Assembly: GCA_036172245.1 (NCBI GenBank)
Contig: JAYWIR010000041.1
Coordinates: 1,860,001-1,924,000 of the forward strand
Reading direction: 5' to 3'
DNA from: Raillietiella orientalis
Taxonomy: Eukaryota
Length of the DNA stretch: 64,000 bases
A model generated the notes under the pieces. That model made no database searches. It had not been told where the DNA came from and was given only the letters and a program-made list of their open reading frames with translations. Within the stretch, counting starts at the first letter, position 1; the number at the start of each line of letters is the position of its first letter. The position numbers and the translations under genes were made by a program. Positions 62,183 to 64,000 of the stretch are shown here, piece by piece.

Positions 62183-63650
62183 TTGATTGAAAATAAACCA
62201 ATTGATAACAAAAGTTTCCCGACGACAACAGGAAACAAAGGGGAGAATCCGTCAGTACGCAGGCCGAGGAAACGGAAAGTCCGGAAAGGAGTAGGAACAA
62301 GGGGACAGCAAAAACAAACAAAATGGGTGGGAAGGGTAGGAAGGGATCTTTGGTTTCGCTCCGCGTGCATCCGGATGAAAACAAAAAGCACCGGGGAAGT
62401 TACGGAACGGATGGGGATGGGTAACAAAGAAAAAAAATAATAAAAAGGGGGGAGGGGGGAGAAGGGAGTCACCAGGACTGCCGTTCCAAACCGTCCATCA
62501 ACCGGCGGTAAATACCAGTGATGGTCTTGGCTTCCTCTTCCAGGTGAGGCCACCTTGCAGCTGCCCTGATGTGGATAGCTATCATTTTGGCGATCTTCCA
62601 TCACTTCTTGGTCGTCTCGAGCACCTGTAGGGCCGCAACGATGGCACGGATACTACCCATGGTTGCCGTTGAAGCGCCCATCGAGAGACCTCTCGGCGCG
62701 GAGAACCGTCGCAGCACGTCTCCGGCGGTACCCTCCTGGTGCAGGAGTGCTGATGTCAGCCTATGACACAGTTTTTGAAGGGCACTGCAGTCCAGAAGCA
62801 GGTGCCTCGGATCGACTCTGCCGATCCTCACCTGGCGCAGTTCGGGGGTGGCAGCAGTGGCGGGAAACTCGGTGCCGTCTCTGGTTACACTGGAATCCCC
62901 AGCGGATGAAGAGCAGTACGACGTGCTTCCAAGCGAGGAAGAACACGCAACTGTTCCAACAGTGGGAAGGGACCACGAGTAATTTGAGAAAGTGGATCCC
63001 AGCCATCGCAGCTCCCTCAACCGCAGTACTGTCCTATCTATAGGAGAGCAACGACGGCTGCCAACCGGTGGAGTTGGAGCTATCCTGATCCGCAGGAAAG
63101 GTGAGGAAACTACTGGACTGGGTTGGTCGGTGGTCCAGGTCACACACCGGGAATCGTCCAGTACACCGTCCAAAGGACAGTTAGTGCACTGGGGCTCCCC
63201 CGGCAACCAGTATCAGCCTTACTGGACGAGGTGTACCCCTTATCTGGCTGAGGGAAAGCGGAGGCGCTCCTGAGCCTGTTTTTCGGACTGTGGTGCTCTT
63301 CTTGTCGATGTTAAAAGGTAGATGCTTTAGGCCATGTTATCCGAAGCGATGGCAGTATGCAAAAGTCATTCGTGAAGAGGCTACCTGAGCCTAATGAATT
63401 CTCAGGACCCCATTATGATGGAAAGCCAGAAACTCTTCTCGGTCATCGAGGAGGGCTCGGTGGTGTGCTCCTGGTAGTCGCCTTGCCCCGGAGACACCCT
63501 CAAGGAGCTGCTGCCGAACTGCACAGCTACCACCCAGGGGCTAGCGGCTGCAGTTCCCGCTGTCCCGGTCCGAGAGTCCAGGGAGGGAGGGACTTTTTGT
63601 TTGCCGTTGCTACCCTACAGTTGGGCAGGAGGGATGGTGCCGCGTCTTGC
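62183..63650 (-). mobile_element. Tx1/L1-clade LINE 3' portion, same lineage as the 6.9-11.8 kb element
   Basis: GFQCNQRRH...PNCAR*GSAES/RHLLLDC zinc knuckle; IRAIVA...IRAAARWPHL...TGIYRRL aligns with LRGIMA...MRTASRWLDL...AGILTRM of the first copy; pyrimidine-rich 3' UTR. Confidence 0.7.
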
Positions 63651-64000
63651 CGGACGACGTGGAACGGTGGCGGCCAAGAGGTAAGAAGAAAGTTCCGAGA
63701 GCAGCGAGGGAGAATTGGTCGAAAAGGCGGAACAAACCGAATGAATACTGGAAATCCATCCGCAGCGGAGGCGCCATCTTGTTTTTATAAATATGGGTGT
63801 AAAAAAAATCAGAATAAAAAATCAGCAAAAATCTGCAAGCTCTTAATCCATTTAAAAGCAAAACAAAGACGTAGAGCGCAGTAGAAAAATTGAAGATACG
63901 AGATAGGGAAACCGAAAACAAAAACCAAAAAAATCTACCAAGATGAATTGAAAATGGAAAGGAAAAAAAAATCGGGAAGTCGGTGGCTGCTAGGCAACGG

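Noticed and set aside
1..64000. CRISPR arrays, rRNA, prokaryotic operons or defence systems
   Set aside because: No regularly spaced repeats or dense long ORFs; the spliceosomal gene and TE content show this is eukaryotic DNA.

Overview
Eukaryotic (invertebrate-type, probably arthropod) genomic DNA. The only clearly functional gene is a spliced + strand Kv channel-interacting protein (KChIP/KCNIP, neuronal calcium sensor family). Five coding exons (22871-23071, 25551-25689, 30369-30510, 37287-37349, 49168-49215) join with consistent phases and GT-AG sites into about 196 aa: inactive CPSG EF1, an unusual DHHHTG EF2, canonical EF3/EF4, C-terminus DEKIVKSMSAFDSLW*. The first coding exon could not be fixed. 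Nearly all remaining sequence is a mosaic of heavily decayed transposable elements recognised by eye from degenerate motifs: Tx1/L1-, RTE-, CR1/L2- and R1/Jockey-like LINEs, two Utopia/NeSL-type restriction-like-endonuclease fragments, Ty3/Gypsy and Ty1/Copia pol, pogo-like and MULE transposases, and a piggyBac-like MITE. TE boundaries and clade calls are approximate. Most noteworthy: two diverged Tx1-like copies 55 kb apart share a 41-nt 3' terminal/flank motif with a GC hairpin (possible target-site specificity); several near-perfect long hairpins sit in otherwise eroded DNA; and KChIP GC3 falls steeply from 5' to 3'. No CRISPR array, rRNA, convincing tRNA or prokaryotic system was seen, and no new biological system could be established from the sequence alone.
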